Assembly (NCBI GenBank): GCA_018399715.1 | Contig: JAGYNR010000003.1 | Span: 831-64,830 of the forward strand | DNA from: Desulfobacterales bacterium | Lineage (GTDB): Bacteria > Desulfobacterota > Desulfobacteria > Desulfobacterales > SKZT01 | Length of the DNA stretch: 64,000 nt | Direction: 5' to 3' | Shown: positions 19,830-28,775 of the stretch, in pieces | Layout: every line of letters begins with the position of its first letter | Numbering within the stretch: position 1 is the stretch's first letter | Translations under genes and position numbers: made by a program | The notes under the pieces: model-generated | Told to the model about the DNA's origin: nothing | Database searches by the model: none | What the model saw: the letters and a program-made list of their open reading frames with translations, nothing else

Positions 19830-22202
19830 ATGAACCTGAACCAAAGCCTTTTTAAAGCTCTTTTACGTTTTAGTGTGTATTGTCTGTTGATTGTGATGAT
19901 GGCGTTTGCAGGATGTGCCTCGCAGAAACACCGTTTGAAAAAAGAACCCAAAATCGTTGACAACCAGAAAGAAGCCTCTCCGCTATTGGAAAAAGTTGAT
20001 TCAAAAGATATAAAAGAATCAAAAAGGGAGTCCCGCGGGATTATTTCGACTCCTTTCGGTGATATGCCGATTGACAGATCTGTCATAACCCCTCTTTCAG
20101 AAGAGATTTCCAAAGACCCCTCACGTACAGTTCAGGTGGAAGATAGACCCGTTGAAAAAGTACATTCGAAAAAGGAAAAAGTCTCAAAAACACCTGCTAT
20201 AAATAAAAAAACAGAAACACAGGTCAATCCACCAAAGGAAAAAGAAGCTTCCGGCAATAATGATAAAACCGCTGAGGGAGGCGAAATTGTTTTAAACTTC
20301 GATAACGCCGATTTGTATGAAGTAGTCAGAACTTTAGGTGAAATACTGGAAATAAATTATATCGTCGATCCGAATGTACGCGGAAATGTGACGATTCATA
20401 CGGCCGGAAAATTAAAAAAAGATGATTTGTTTCCTGTTTTTTTTCAGATTTTGGAAGCCAATGGTCTTACCGCCGTTAAAGAGGGGGCTCTTTATAAAAT
20501 TATGAACCTAAAAGATGCTTCCCAGCTTCCTGTTCGGACCCAAATCCCTGGTAAGGCTCTGGATATAGGGTCGTCAGAACGGATCATTATTCAAATCATT
20601 CCCTTAGAGTATATTTCCGTACAGGAGATGACCAAGATTATAACTCCTTTTGTAACTTCAGGAGGAACCATTGTTTCTCATGAGGATTCCAATACACTGC
20701 TTATTGTTGATAAAACATCCAATATTGAAAAAGTGTTGAGACTAATCGATGTTTTTGATATTGATTTGTTCAAAAAAGTAAACCATCGGTTTTATCGGCT
20801 TCGGTATGTTGATGCCGAGGAATCTGCCAAGGCTGTCGAGGAGATTCTTGCTTTCTATGTGTCATCACCAAAAGATGAGTTCAAATTAATCCCTGTAAAA
20901 AGAATCAATTCGCTGTTACTGATCAGCAAAAACCCCTTAACCTTTCAAAAAGTGGATGCCGTTATCGAGGAAATAGATATTCCGGTGGAAGATGAAGAAC
21001 CCCGAATATATGTCTATTCCGTTAAAAATGGTGGCGCTGCTGAACTCTCCGAGCTACTCAATTCGGTTTTTTCAAAAAGTGATCAGGATAAAAAGGGTAA
21101 GCCGGAAATCAGCCAAAAGCCTGAAGAAGAAAAAACAGGTGGCGTCAAAGAGCTGTTTCCCTCAAAAACTGCCAGTAAAACCCAAACCACAAAAGGAGAA
21201 AGCATCATTGCAGAGGGCTCCGGAACCTTAAAAGGAGAAATTAAAATTACGCCCGATGAAATTCGGAATTCTTTGATTATCGAGGCTTCTCCCCGCGATT
21301 ACAGGGTTATCACCAGTATTTTGCAGCGGGTTGATATTTTGCCGCGTCAGGTATTAATTGAGGTCACTATTGCTGAGATTTCCTTTCTTTCTACGACTGA
21401 ATTGGGTATTGAATGGCAGTTTGACCGCATTGGTGCCGATGAAGATGTCGTTGCCGGCTTACAGAATGGTGCCACGTTAGGAAGTGCCGGTCTGAATTTT
21501 TCCTGGGCAATTTTGGATCAGGCCAAAAAATGGTCAGCCAGGCTAAAAGCCATGGCGGTGGAAGACAAGTTAAATATTTTGTCCTCGCCCACTGTTTTGG
21601 CGTCAGACAACAAGGAGGCCCAAATTAATATATCTACGGAAGTACCGGTTGCTTCTACTACTTATGATTACAGGGATTCAGATGACGATTTGCTTCAAAC
21701 CAATATAGAATACCGCAATACCGGCGTGATTTTATCGGTAACCCCCCATATCAACGAATTCGGCCTGGTTAGTATGGATGTCAGTCAGGAAGTGAGCGAA
21801 CAGGGTGATCCGGTGGACTTGGGTACCGGCACTCAGTCGAATCCAGAAACCCGTCCCTCTTTTCTAAACAGAAGCATCGATACATCATTGACCGTTAAAA
21901 GTGGCCAGACCATCGTTATCGGTGGCCTGATCAGGGAAAACGAAAGTCGCGGACGGGCAGCCATGCCTTGTTTAGGGGAAATCCCTGTGCTTTCCTATGT
22001 GTTTGGGAAAAAACAAAATAGCATTGACAAAACCGAATTGATTGTTTTTATAACTCCCAAAGTAATAGCCACTCTCGATGATGTTGATTCTGTCTCAGAG
22101 GAATTCAGAAACCGGATCGATTTCAAGTATGAAGATTTCTGGAGAACATCACCCCGGGAGCCTGAAATGGATCCGAACAGCCGGCTTGAACCAAACCAAT
22201 AA
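19830..22202 (+). CDS. gspD: Secretin GspD with lipobox-like signal peptide
   Basis: LLIVMMAFAGC|ASQ signal. N0-N3 repeats. Secretin core LSSPTVLASDNKEAQINI ... GQTIVIGGLI ... IPVLSYVFG ... ELIVFITPKVI. Confidence 0.9.
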   Translation: MNLNQSLFKALLRFSVYCLLIVMMAFAGCASQKHRLKKEPKIVDNQKEASPLLEKVDSKDIKESKRESRGIISTPFGDMPIDRSVITPLSEEISKDPSRTVQVEDRPVEKVHSKKEKVSKTPAINKKTETQVNPPKEKEASGNNDKTAEGGEIVLNFDNADLYEVVRTLGEILEINYIVDPNVRGNVTIHTAGKLKKDDLFPVFFQILEANGLTAVKEGALYKIMNLKDASQLPVRTQIPGKALDIGSSERIIIQIIPLEYISVQEMTKIITPFVTSGGTIVSHEDSNTLLIVDKTSNIEKVLRLIDVFDIDLFKKVNHRFYRLRYVDAEESAKAVEEILAFYVSSPKDEFKLIPVKRINSLLLISKNPLTFQKVDAVIEEIDIPVEDEEPRIYVYSVKNGGAAELSELLNSVFSKSDQDKKGKPEISQKPEEEKTGGVKELFPSKTASKTQTTKGESIIAEGSGTLKGEIKITPDEIRNSLIIEASPRDYRVITSILQRVDILPRQVLIEVTIAEISFLSTTELGIEWQFDRIGADEDVVAGLQNGATLGSAGLNFSWAILDQAKKWSARLKAMAVEDKLNILSSPTVLASDNKEAQINISTEVPVASTTYDYRDSDDDLLQTNIEYRNTGVILSVTPHINEFGLVSMDVSQEVSEQGDPVDLGTGTQSNPETRPSFLNRSIDTSLTVKSGQTIVIGGLIRENESRGRAAMPCLGEIPVLSYVFGKKQNSIDKTELIVFITPKVIATLDDVDSVSEEFRNRIDFKYEDFWRTSPREPEMDPNSRLEPNQ

Positions 22203-22274
22203 TGGATCATGTATTTTCGCTACAGTCATTTCAACAGGTATATTTTGAACTTTGCCTTCGCACCCGTTCAGTAA

Positions 22275-22435
22275 AAGTGTAATTCGATGTTCAAGTTTTG
22301 TTAATTTGCCCAACTCCGGCGTTGGAAAAAAAATTTTGATCCTCGGAATACTCAGTGTATGCCTGTGGTGAAAAATCTTTTTTAAGCCTTGGATTTGAAC
22401 AAATTTCCTAAAAACTTGAACATCGAGTGTAAGGA
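22275..22435. repeat. Palindromic intergenic repeat, copy A
   Basis: 16-bp inverted repeat tcgatgttcaagtttt (22284-22299) / aaaacttgaacatcga (22411-22426) around a core (22327-22376). The core matches the reverse complement of 31862-31909. Confidence 0.6.
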
Positions 22436-22465
22436 TTAAATTTTTTTGAAAGCGCTGTTGATTTC

Positions 22466-23416
22466 TTGTTAAGCAATAGGGCCTTTTGGATTGTGAAGAT
22501 TCTGACCTGCTGGATTCTTTTTGTCATCTACTGTTTTATGGTCTGGCCTGCTTCGGCAGCGGAATCGACCAAAGCCGCTGTACTGATCTCCCGCAAAATT
22601 CTTCCATACATGGCGGCGACAGAAGCCTTAAGCTCGGTTTTGAGTACCGAAACAGCAATTGAAGTCGAAATCTTTTTTTTGGAAAAATTCAGCAGGAAAG
22701 GATCCGGGCTATTAAAAGAACGTCTGGAAAAAGGTGGTTTCAGTCTTGTCGTTGTTGTTGGGCCGGAAGCCGCCAGGTTTTGTCAGAAACAATTTCCGGA
22801 ACCGAAGTTGCCAATTGTTTATTCAATGGTGCTAAATCCCGATGAGATCCTCAAGCCAGGCAGTGCAATCTGTGGTGTTCCTCTAAGCATCCCCGTAAAA
22901 CTACAATTAAACAGGATTTCTATGGCTTTGCCGTCCGTTAAGCGGATTGGCCTGATTTATGATCCTTTCTACAATACAGATTTTTTTTCAGATGCCAAAC
23001 AGCAGGGATTAACAGTTAATATAGAAATTGTTCCGCTGAAAGTGTCCTCCAAAAAAGAAATTCCCAAAGTCTTAAAAAACAGCTTAAACCACGTAGACTG
23101 TCTTTGGCTGATTCCGGACCGGACGGTTATTTCAGAAAGCATTATCCAGTATATTATCAAGGAAGCCTTGCTGAAAGAAAAACCGGTCATTGGATACAAC
23201 CGTTTTTTCTATGAGTCCGGGGCGGTCTTGACATTTATTTTTGATTATCATGAATTGGGACAACAGACTGCCGGAATTGTGAAAGATGTTATCTTGAATG
23301 GATTATGTCGAAATATACCGGCTTCTTTTCACACCTGGGTAAATGTACGGGTTGCCGAAAAGATAGGTCTTACAGTGGATTTGAACGCTTCTTCAGTTAT
23401 CGAAAAAGGACCATGA
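22466..23416 (+). CDS. Periplasmic ABC-substrate-binding-like protein (sensor partner of the downstream kinase)
   Basis: Signal peptide ...VWPASAAE. Layout VKRIGLIYDP...VDCLWLIPDRTV...KPVIGYNRFFYESGAV resembles the ABC_sub_bind family. Stop overlaps the kinase start (ATGA). Confidence 0.6.
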   Translation: MLSNRAFWIVKILTCWILFVIYCFMVWPASAAESTKAAVLISRKILPYMAATEALSSVLSTETAIEVEIFFLEKFSRKGSGLLKERLEKGGFSLVVVVGPEAARFCQKQFPEPKLPIVYSMVLNPDEILKPGSAICGVPLSIPVKLQLNRISMALPSVKRIGLIYDPFYNTDFFSDAKQQGLTVNIEIVPLKVSSKKEIPKVLKNSLNHVDCLWLIPDRTVISESIIQYIIKEALLKEKPVIGYNRFFYESGAVLTFIFDYHELGQQTAGIVKDVILNGLCRNIPASFHTWVNVRVAEKIGLTVDLNASSVIEKGP

Positions 23417-24825
23417 AAAATATCGGCATACATGTGAGGCTATTGCTGGCGGTTTTTATTTTAATCGCCGCAACCACATTCACCCTGGGATATATGGGAA
23501 GCAGTATCACCTATAAATTTGTCCGCTCCCGGTTTGAAGAACGCATCATGTTTCTGGCCCGGTATCTTGCTTTGAATGCCGAATTGGGAATATTAATAGA
23601 TGAGCGGGCCATGTTAAAACGCCTGGCCGGAAATTTATTGTCGGAAAAAGATGTGGTGCAGGTAACTATTTTCAACCGTACGGGTGAAATACTGGCCGAT
23701 GAAGGAAAGGCGGAAAATGGGGGTTTGTCGGTGGTGGAAGTGCCGGTTGTTTTAAAAGAAACTCAGGAGGAAAGTCAGGCGTTTTTATGGAACAGTTCTC
23801 ATCATTCAATGGATGAAATGATCGGAAAGGTGCGGATTACTTATAGTACCGAGGGGATTAACCGCCTTTTAACCACCATGGAAGTCCGGTATACCTGGCT
23901 GGCATCCGCAATCGGGCTTCTTGCGGTCCTGCTGTTTTATTTTATTTCCCGGTCCCTGGTGGCTCCCGTTACCCGGCTGGCCGATGCCGCAAGAAAAGTG
24001 GAAAAAGGAGACCTTAAACTCCGTGCGGAACCCGGAAGTATGCCCGAAACCCGGAAAATGGTTTTGGCGTTTAATGCCATGCTGGATTCGCTGGAGAAAA
24101 GCCGAAAAGCTCTTGAAAAAGCCAATCAGGAAATGATACGCCAAAAAACTCTGGCTGAACTGGGAAAATTTTCCCTTATGATAGCCCATGAAGTTAAAAA
24201 TCCGCTCAGCATCATTAAAAGCTCACTGGATATTCTTAAAAAAGATATTCCCGGAGCTTCTGAAAATACAATGGTTTCCTATATTGAAGACGAAGTCAGA
24301 CGGCTGAACCGGCTAATTGAGGACTTTCTGCTCTTTGCCCGTCCCGCAAGGCCCAATATGCGGGAGGTCGATGCCAATGCCATGGCAAAAGAGTGTGTCG
24401 ACAGGTTTGAGTTCCGGACTGTTCAGGGATCCGTTAAGATTGAACGTTACATTCCGGATACCGCCTGTTATATAAAAGGAGATCGGGATCTTCTTCACAG
24501 AGCCATTGGAAATATGCTCAAAAATGCCATTGAGTCCCATGATGACAACGGCAGGGTTATCATTTCAGCCGGGCAGCAAGATGACTGTTGGCATCTGGAG
24601 GTTTCAGACGAGGGAAGGGGTATTGATCCGGAAAATATGGAAAAAATTTTTGAGCCCTTTTTTACCACCCGCTCCCGTGGAACCGGACTCGGTCTGGCAT
24701 TCGTGTATCAGGTGGTTACCGCCCACGGGGGTGAGATAGGCGTCGAGAACAGACCGGATACCCGCGGGGCCGTCTTTAGGGTGAAAATTCCCCTGGAGGA
24801 TCAGAGGCCGGAGGGCAGAAGGTAA
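23413..24825 (+). CDS. HAMP-domain sensor histidine kinase
   Basis: Two TMs, HAMP (LVAPVTRLADAARKVEKGDL), H-box MIAHEVKNPLS, N-box NMLKNAIES, G-boxes DEGRGI and GTGLGLA. Confidence 0.85.
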   Translation: MKNIGIHVRLLLAVFILIAATTFTLGYMGSSITYKFVRSRFEERIMFLARYLALNAELGILIDERAMLKRLAGNLLSEKDVVQVTIFNRTGEILADEGKAENGGLSVVEVPVVLKETQEESQAFLWNSSHHSMDEMIGKVRITYSTEGINRLLTTMEVRYTWLASAIGLLAVLLFYFISRSLVAPVTRLADAARKVEKGDLKLRAEPGSMPETRKMVLAFNAMLDSLEKSRKALEKANQEMIRQKTLAELGKFSLMIAHEVKNPLSIIKSSLDILKKDIPGASENTMVSYIEDEVRRLNRLIEDFLLFARPARPNMREVDANAMAKECVDRFEFRTVQGSVKIERYIPDTACYIKGDRDLLHRAIGNMLKNAIESHDDNGRVIISAGQQDDCWHLEVSDEGRGIDPENMEKIFEPFFTTRSRGTGLGLAFVYQVVTAHGGEIGVENRPDTRGAVFRVKIPLEDQRPEGRR

Positions 24826-24909
24826 GAAGGTAAGAAGGTTAGAGGGCGAGAAGGTTGGGGGAAACCTGTCAACGGGTAAACCAGGAAAATAAGCAATAAC
24901 GGAGAACCT

Positions 24910-26253
24910 ATGTCACGCATATTGGTCGTAGATGATGAAGAAAAAATGCGTCACCTTTTGTCCATCATGCTGAAAACAAAGGAATATGAGGTGGATGAGG
25001 CAGGGGATGGACGGGAGGCATTAGGCATGGTCGATGAGTGTTCCTATGACATGATCATAACCGATATCAAAATGCCCCGAATGGATGGTGTTGAGCTTTT
25101 AAACCGCATTAAGGAAAGAAAAATTCCCTGCCCGGTGGTCTTCATCACCGCTTTTGCCACCATTGAATCGGCCGTGGAAGCCATGAGGCAGGGAGCCGTC
25201 GATTACATTACCAAGCCGTTCGAAGAAGATAGAATCCTTCTGACCGTTGAAAGAACGCTCAATCTTTCCAGGCTCATGGCGGAAAACAGGGAACTTAGGC
25301 AGCAACTGCAAACGGTTGCCGGGGACGATGAAATTATTTATGTCTCCAGGGAAATGTCGTTGGTAATGGACCTGGCTTCCCGGGTTGCCGCCAGTGAAAC
25401 GGCTGTTTTGATTACCGGCGAGTCCGGAACGGGAAAGGAACTGCTGGCGAAATATATTCATAAAACCAGTCCAAGGAATGAGAAACGGTTTGTTCCCGTC
25501 AATTGCGCGGCCATTTCATCAAACCTGGTTGAATCCGAGCTTTTCGGACATGAAAAGGGTTCGTTTACCAATGCCGACAAAAAGGCCGTCGGTAAATTCG
25601 AGTATGCCTCGGGGGGCACCATATTTCTGGATGAAATCGGAGATTTGCCCATGGAAGCGCAGGCAAAGCTTCTAAGAACACTCCAGGAGAAAAAAATCCA
25701 GAGGGTGGGCGGCAACGAGGAAATACCGGTCGATATCCGGCTGATTTGTGCAACCAATCAGGATCTGGAACAATTGGTGGAAAGTCACTGTTTTCGGCAG
25801 GATCTTTTTTTTCGGATCAATGTATTTCCCATTCAACCGCCACCCCTGAGGGAAAGGATGGATGATGTCGTTCCGCTGGCGAGACATTTTTTAAAACGGA
25901 TGGCAGGTTCCCGGATTCACTTGTCAAAAGATGCCGAAATAACGCTGATGAATTACAATTGGCCGGGAAATGTAAGAGAGCTGAGCAACGCCATCGAACG
26001 CTCCGCAATCCTGGAACAGGATTCCAAAACCATTACCCGGGATTCCTTGTGTTTTCTGAAATCCGTAACCTGTCAGAACCTTGAATCCGGTTTCAGGTTA
26101 CCCGCAGACGGGATTTCCCTGGAAAATTTTGAAAAACAAATGGTTAAACAGGCACTGGAGACCACCGGCAATAACCAGAGTGCCGCCGCCAAACTGCTGG
26201 GATTGAGTCGTGCCAAATTCAGGGTTTTAATGAAACAAACGCTAAAGGAATAG
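24910..26253 (+). CDS. Sigma-54-dependent response regulator (NtrC family)
   Basis: Receiver (VVDDEE ... ITDIKMPRMDG), AAA+ GESGTGKE, ESELFGHEKGSFTNA (GAFTGA-type loop), C-terminal HTH QSAAAKLLGLSRAKF. Confidence 0.9.
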   Translation: MSRILVVDDEEKMRHLLSIMLKTKEYEVDEAGDGREALGMVDECSYDMIITDIKMPRMDGVELLNRIKERKIPCPVVFITAFATIESAVEAMRQGAVDYITKPFEEDRILLTVERTLNLSRLMAENRELRQQLQTVAGDDEIIYVSREMSLVMDLASRVAASETAVLITGESGTGKELLAKYIHKTSPRNEKRFVPVNCAAISSNLVESELFGHEKGSFTNADKKAVGKFEYASGGTIFLDEIGDLPMEAQAKLLRTLQEKKIQRVGGNEEIPVDIRLICATNQDLEQLVESHCFRQDLFFRINVFPIQPPPLRERMDDVVPLARHFLKRMAGSRIHLSKDAEITLMNYNWPGNVRELSNAIERSAILEQDSKTITRDSLCFLKSVTCQNLESGFRLPADGISLENFEKQMVKQALETTGNNQSAAAKLLGLSRAKFRVLMKQTLKE

Positions 26254-26265
26254 TTTAAATTTGTC

Positions 26266-28317
26266 ATGGCGTATGTGAAAAAAAAATTTGCCGTTATCTT
26301 GTTTATTTTTCTGGTCCTGAATTTTCCGATGAATTCGAAGGCGGAAAAGTCTCCGGAAGCTATTCGGGAAGATACCATGCTCATGTTTGTGGGCGAATGT
26401 CTTGAAGTTCTTTCCATTGCCTCCCGCCGTGAAGAAAGCGCCAGGCAGGCCCCCGCCATAGCGCAGGTCATTACCAAAGAAGAGATCCGCGAAAAAGGAA
26501 TGACCACCTTGAGCGAAACGCTGGAGATGGTTCCGGGGTTTTACATGGCTCAAAAAGAATGGGGCACGCTTCCCTACCTGAGAGGAATACCCAATTCAGT
26601 ACTTTTCCTCTATGATACGGTTCCACTGGATTCCGATACCTCAAAATCGATTCATCAACTGGATCATGAACTTTCTTTAGCTTCCGTAAAACGTGTTGAA
26701 ATCATCCGTGGGCCGGGGTCGGTCCTCTGGGGACCCGATGCGTTTGCCGGAATCGTCAATGTGGTTCCGTTGACCGGTAAAGATTTTGAAGGTATCGAAA
26801 CCGGTGTCAGCTACGAAGAACCCGGAGATCATAAAGCCTGTTTTGTCAACATGGGCCACGATGCCGGCCTGTGGGACGGCTTCCTGTCTGTCAGCGCGCG
26901 AAGGGGCAACGAAGATGACAGTACGGCAAACTTGGTCCGGTATTGGAAAGACATGGAAATACCTGTGGCTCCGGAGGACAGATTTGGGAGGGAGCGTCCG
27001 GATCATTCAAAATATGTTGAGGTTACCGGGCGGTTTTCTTATAACGATTGGCTTACGCTGACGGCACGAACTTCGTACAACCAAAAATCGTATGCCATGA
27101 CCAATTCGGATGGGAATTTAACCTGGCTGGAATCCCGGGAGCTGCCGTTTAGTTTTTTCAAACTGGAGGGCGTGAGAAATATCGACCCAACGTCGGCGGT
27201 AAGGTTTACCGGTTATTACAGTTACTTTGACCCGGAGTTTGAGATTATCGAAAGGACTTTTGATCAGAATGAAGATACCGTATACGGTGAACTTATCTAT
27301 GACCGTTCTTTCCTGGCAGGCCGGGGACTGTTCACCGGCGGCGGGTCTTTCCGAAAAAAGGACATCGAGGACGCACTAGTCTGGGAAGATTATTTGCCCG
27401 AACTGTTGGAGTCGGAAAATGAGGATTTTCTTCCCCGCATTCGGGAAGAAGACTACGATTCGGAACTTTGGTCGGTTTTCGGTCAATATACTCACAAATT
27501 CGGCGATATGGATATTTGGTTCGGCCTGCGGCAGGATTTTCATCATCCTTATGAGGACCGTTTGAGTTTCAGTACGGGCGTAAGCTGGTCGCTGTCGGAT
27601 GATTGGATCATCAAGCTGCTTTATGGCACTGCTTACCGGACCCCGTTTGCCCGGCAACTCATTGAAGAAAAAGAGCCCGAACTGGAAAAAATCAAAAGCC
27701 TGAGTTGCCAGATCGCCTGGGAACCCTCACAAAAAATCAATCTGTCGGTTGCCGGATTTACCAGCCGGATCGAAGACCATATCATGGAGGATCCTTATGC
27801 CGGTTTGTCTCAACGCAACCACCAGGATATTCAGGGCGTTGAGATTGAAGGCCGGTGGAAACCTGTTAAACAGGTTGAGTTTTCCTCAAACCTTACCCTG
27901 CTGAATAACGACGGCCCCGATGAAACGTATCATTTTTCCGATTATACCTACGTAAGGCCGGATGGCACCGTGGCCGAACATTTTGTCGATCTGGAGTATC
28001 CTTTCGACACCGGTCCGGACACCATTTTTAACCTCATGGGAACCTGGCGGCCCTCGGACAGATTTACCGCCTTTGTGAGGGCCAATTATTTTTCATCGCG
28101 AAAATTAATATTTCCAAGGGGAGAGGGGTCTTTGAGAGTTTCCGGGGTCTGGCGCCTGGATGTGAGCACCACCTTAAAAGATGTGTTCAATACTGGCCTG
28201 GACTTAAACGTGGCTGTCCGGAATTTGGCCGACCACAATTTTGAAACACCGGGGACCTATCATACCATTGAAGGCGAACCGTTTTCGGTTGAAGTAATGC
28301 TGAAAAAGTGTTGGTGA
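26266..28317 (+). CDS. TonB-dependent outer-membrane receptor
   Basis: Signal peptide, plug domain (VITKEEIREKGMTTLSETLEMVPGF ... VEIIRGPGSVLWG), long beta-barrel, aromatic C-terminus (...VMLKKCW). Confidence 0.8.
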   Translation: MAYVKKKFAVILFIFLVLNFPMNSKAEKSPEAIREDTMLMFVGECLEVLSIASRREESARQAPAIAQVITKEEIREKGMTTLSETLEMVPGFYMAQKEWGTLPYLRGIPNSVLFLYDTVPLDSDTSKSIHQLDHELSLASVKRVEIIRGPGSVLWGPDAFAGIVNVVPLTGKDFEGIETGVSYEEPGDHKACFVNMGHDAGLWDGFLSVSARRGNEDDSTANLVRYWKDMEIPVAPEDRFGRERPDHSKYVEVTGRFSYNDWLTLTARTSYNQKSYAMTNSDGNLTWLESRELPFSFFKLEGVRNIDPTSAVRFTGYYSYFDPEFEIIERTFDQNEDTVYGELIYDRSFLAGRGLFTGGGSFRKKDIEDALVWEDYLPELLESENEDFLPRIREEDYDSELWSVFGQYTHKFGDMDIWFGLRQDFHHPYEDRLSFSTGVSWSLSDDWIIKLLYGTAYRTPFARQLIEEKEPELEKIKSLSCQIAWEPSQKINLSVAGFTSRIEDHIMEDPYAGLSQRNHQDIQGVEIEGRWKPVKQVEFSSNLTLLNNDGPDETYHFSDYTYVRPDGTVAEHFVDLEYPFDTGPDTIFNLMGTWRPSDRFTAFVRANYFSSRKLIFPRGEGSLRVSGVWRLDVSTTLKDVFNTGLDLNVAVRNLADHNFETPGTYHTIEGEPFSVEVMLKKCW

Positions 28318-28320
28318 TGA

Positions 28321-28390
28321 GAAGGTCAGAGGTCAGAGGTCAGAGGGCAGAGGGCAGAGGGCAGAGGGCAGAGGGCAGAGGGCAGAGGCT
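28321..28390. repeat. Polypurine 7-bp tandem array, about 10 units of AGAGG(G/T)C
   Basis: gaaggtc agaggtc agaggtc then agagggc x6 then agaggct, starting 4 nt after the TonB-receptor stop. Confidence 0.9.
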
Positions 28391-28775
28391 GAGAGAGTGA
28401 GAAGGTAACCTAACCCTCTTGTCTTTTTGTGCTAAAAAAAACGGGCTCATATTTAAATACATTGTTTCCTTACCACCAACGGAGGGTGCATTTCATGCAC
28501 CATTAAAGGCTACCTGAACTCACCTTTTCACCTCCTGCTTTCTGCCCTCTGCCTTGTTTCCTTAACAGAAATAATCAACAAGAGCCCCGTGGTTCTCTTT
28601 GACCATTCCTGGTTCGATTTAACCAGGATTTTGGAAGCGGAGGTAACCGGGAACCTCCCTGTTTTCTCCCCAGAGTCATCAGGATCTGAAATTATTTCAG
28701 ATTATTAAATAAATAGGAATCTTTTATACCGTATATTTGTATTTCGGGGTATAATTTTTGCTTATGTTAAATTGC

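Noticed and set aside
28321-28390. Tandem 7-bp and 8-bp arrays (also 24816-24855) considered as CRISPR or as a CsrA/RsmA-titrating sRNA.
   Set aside because: There are no spacers between the units, so this is not CRISPR. The units (AGAGGGC, AGAAGGT) contain no GGA core in a loop context, unlike CsrB/RsmZ repeats.
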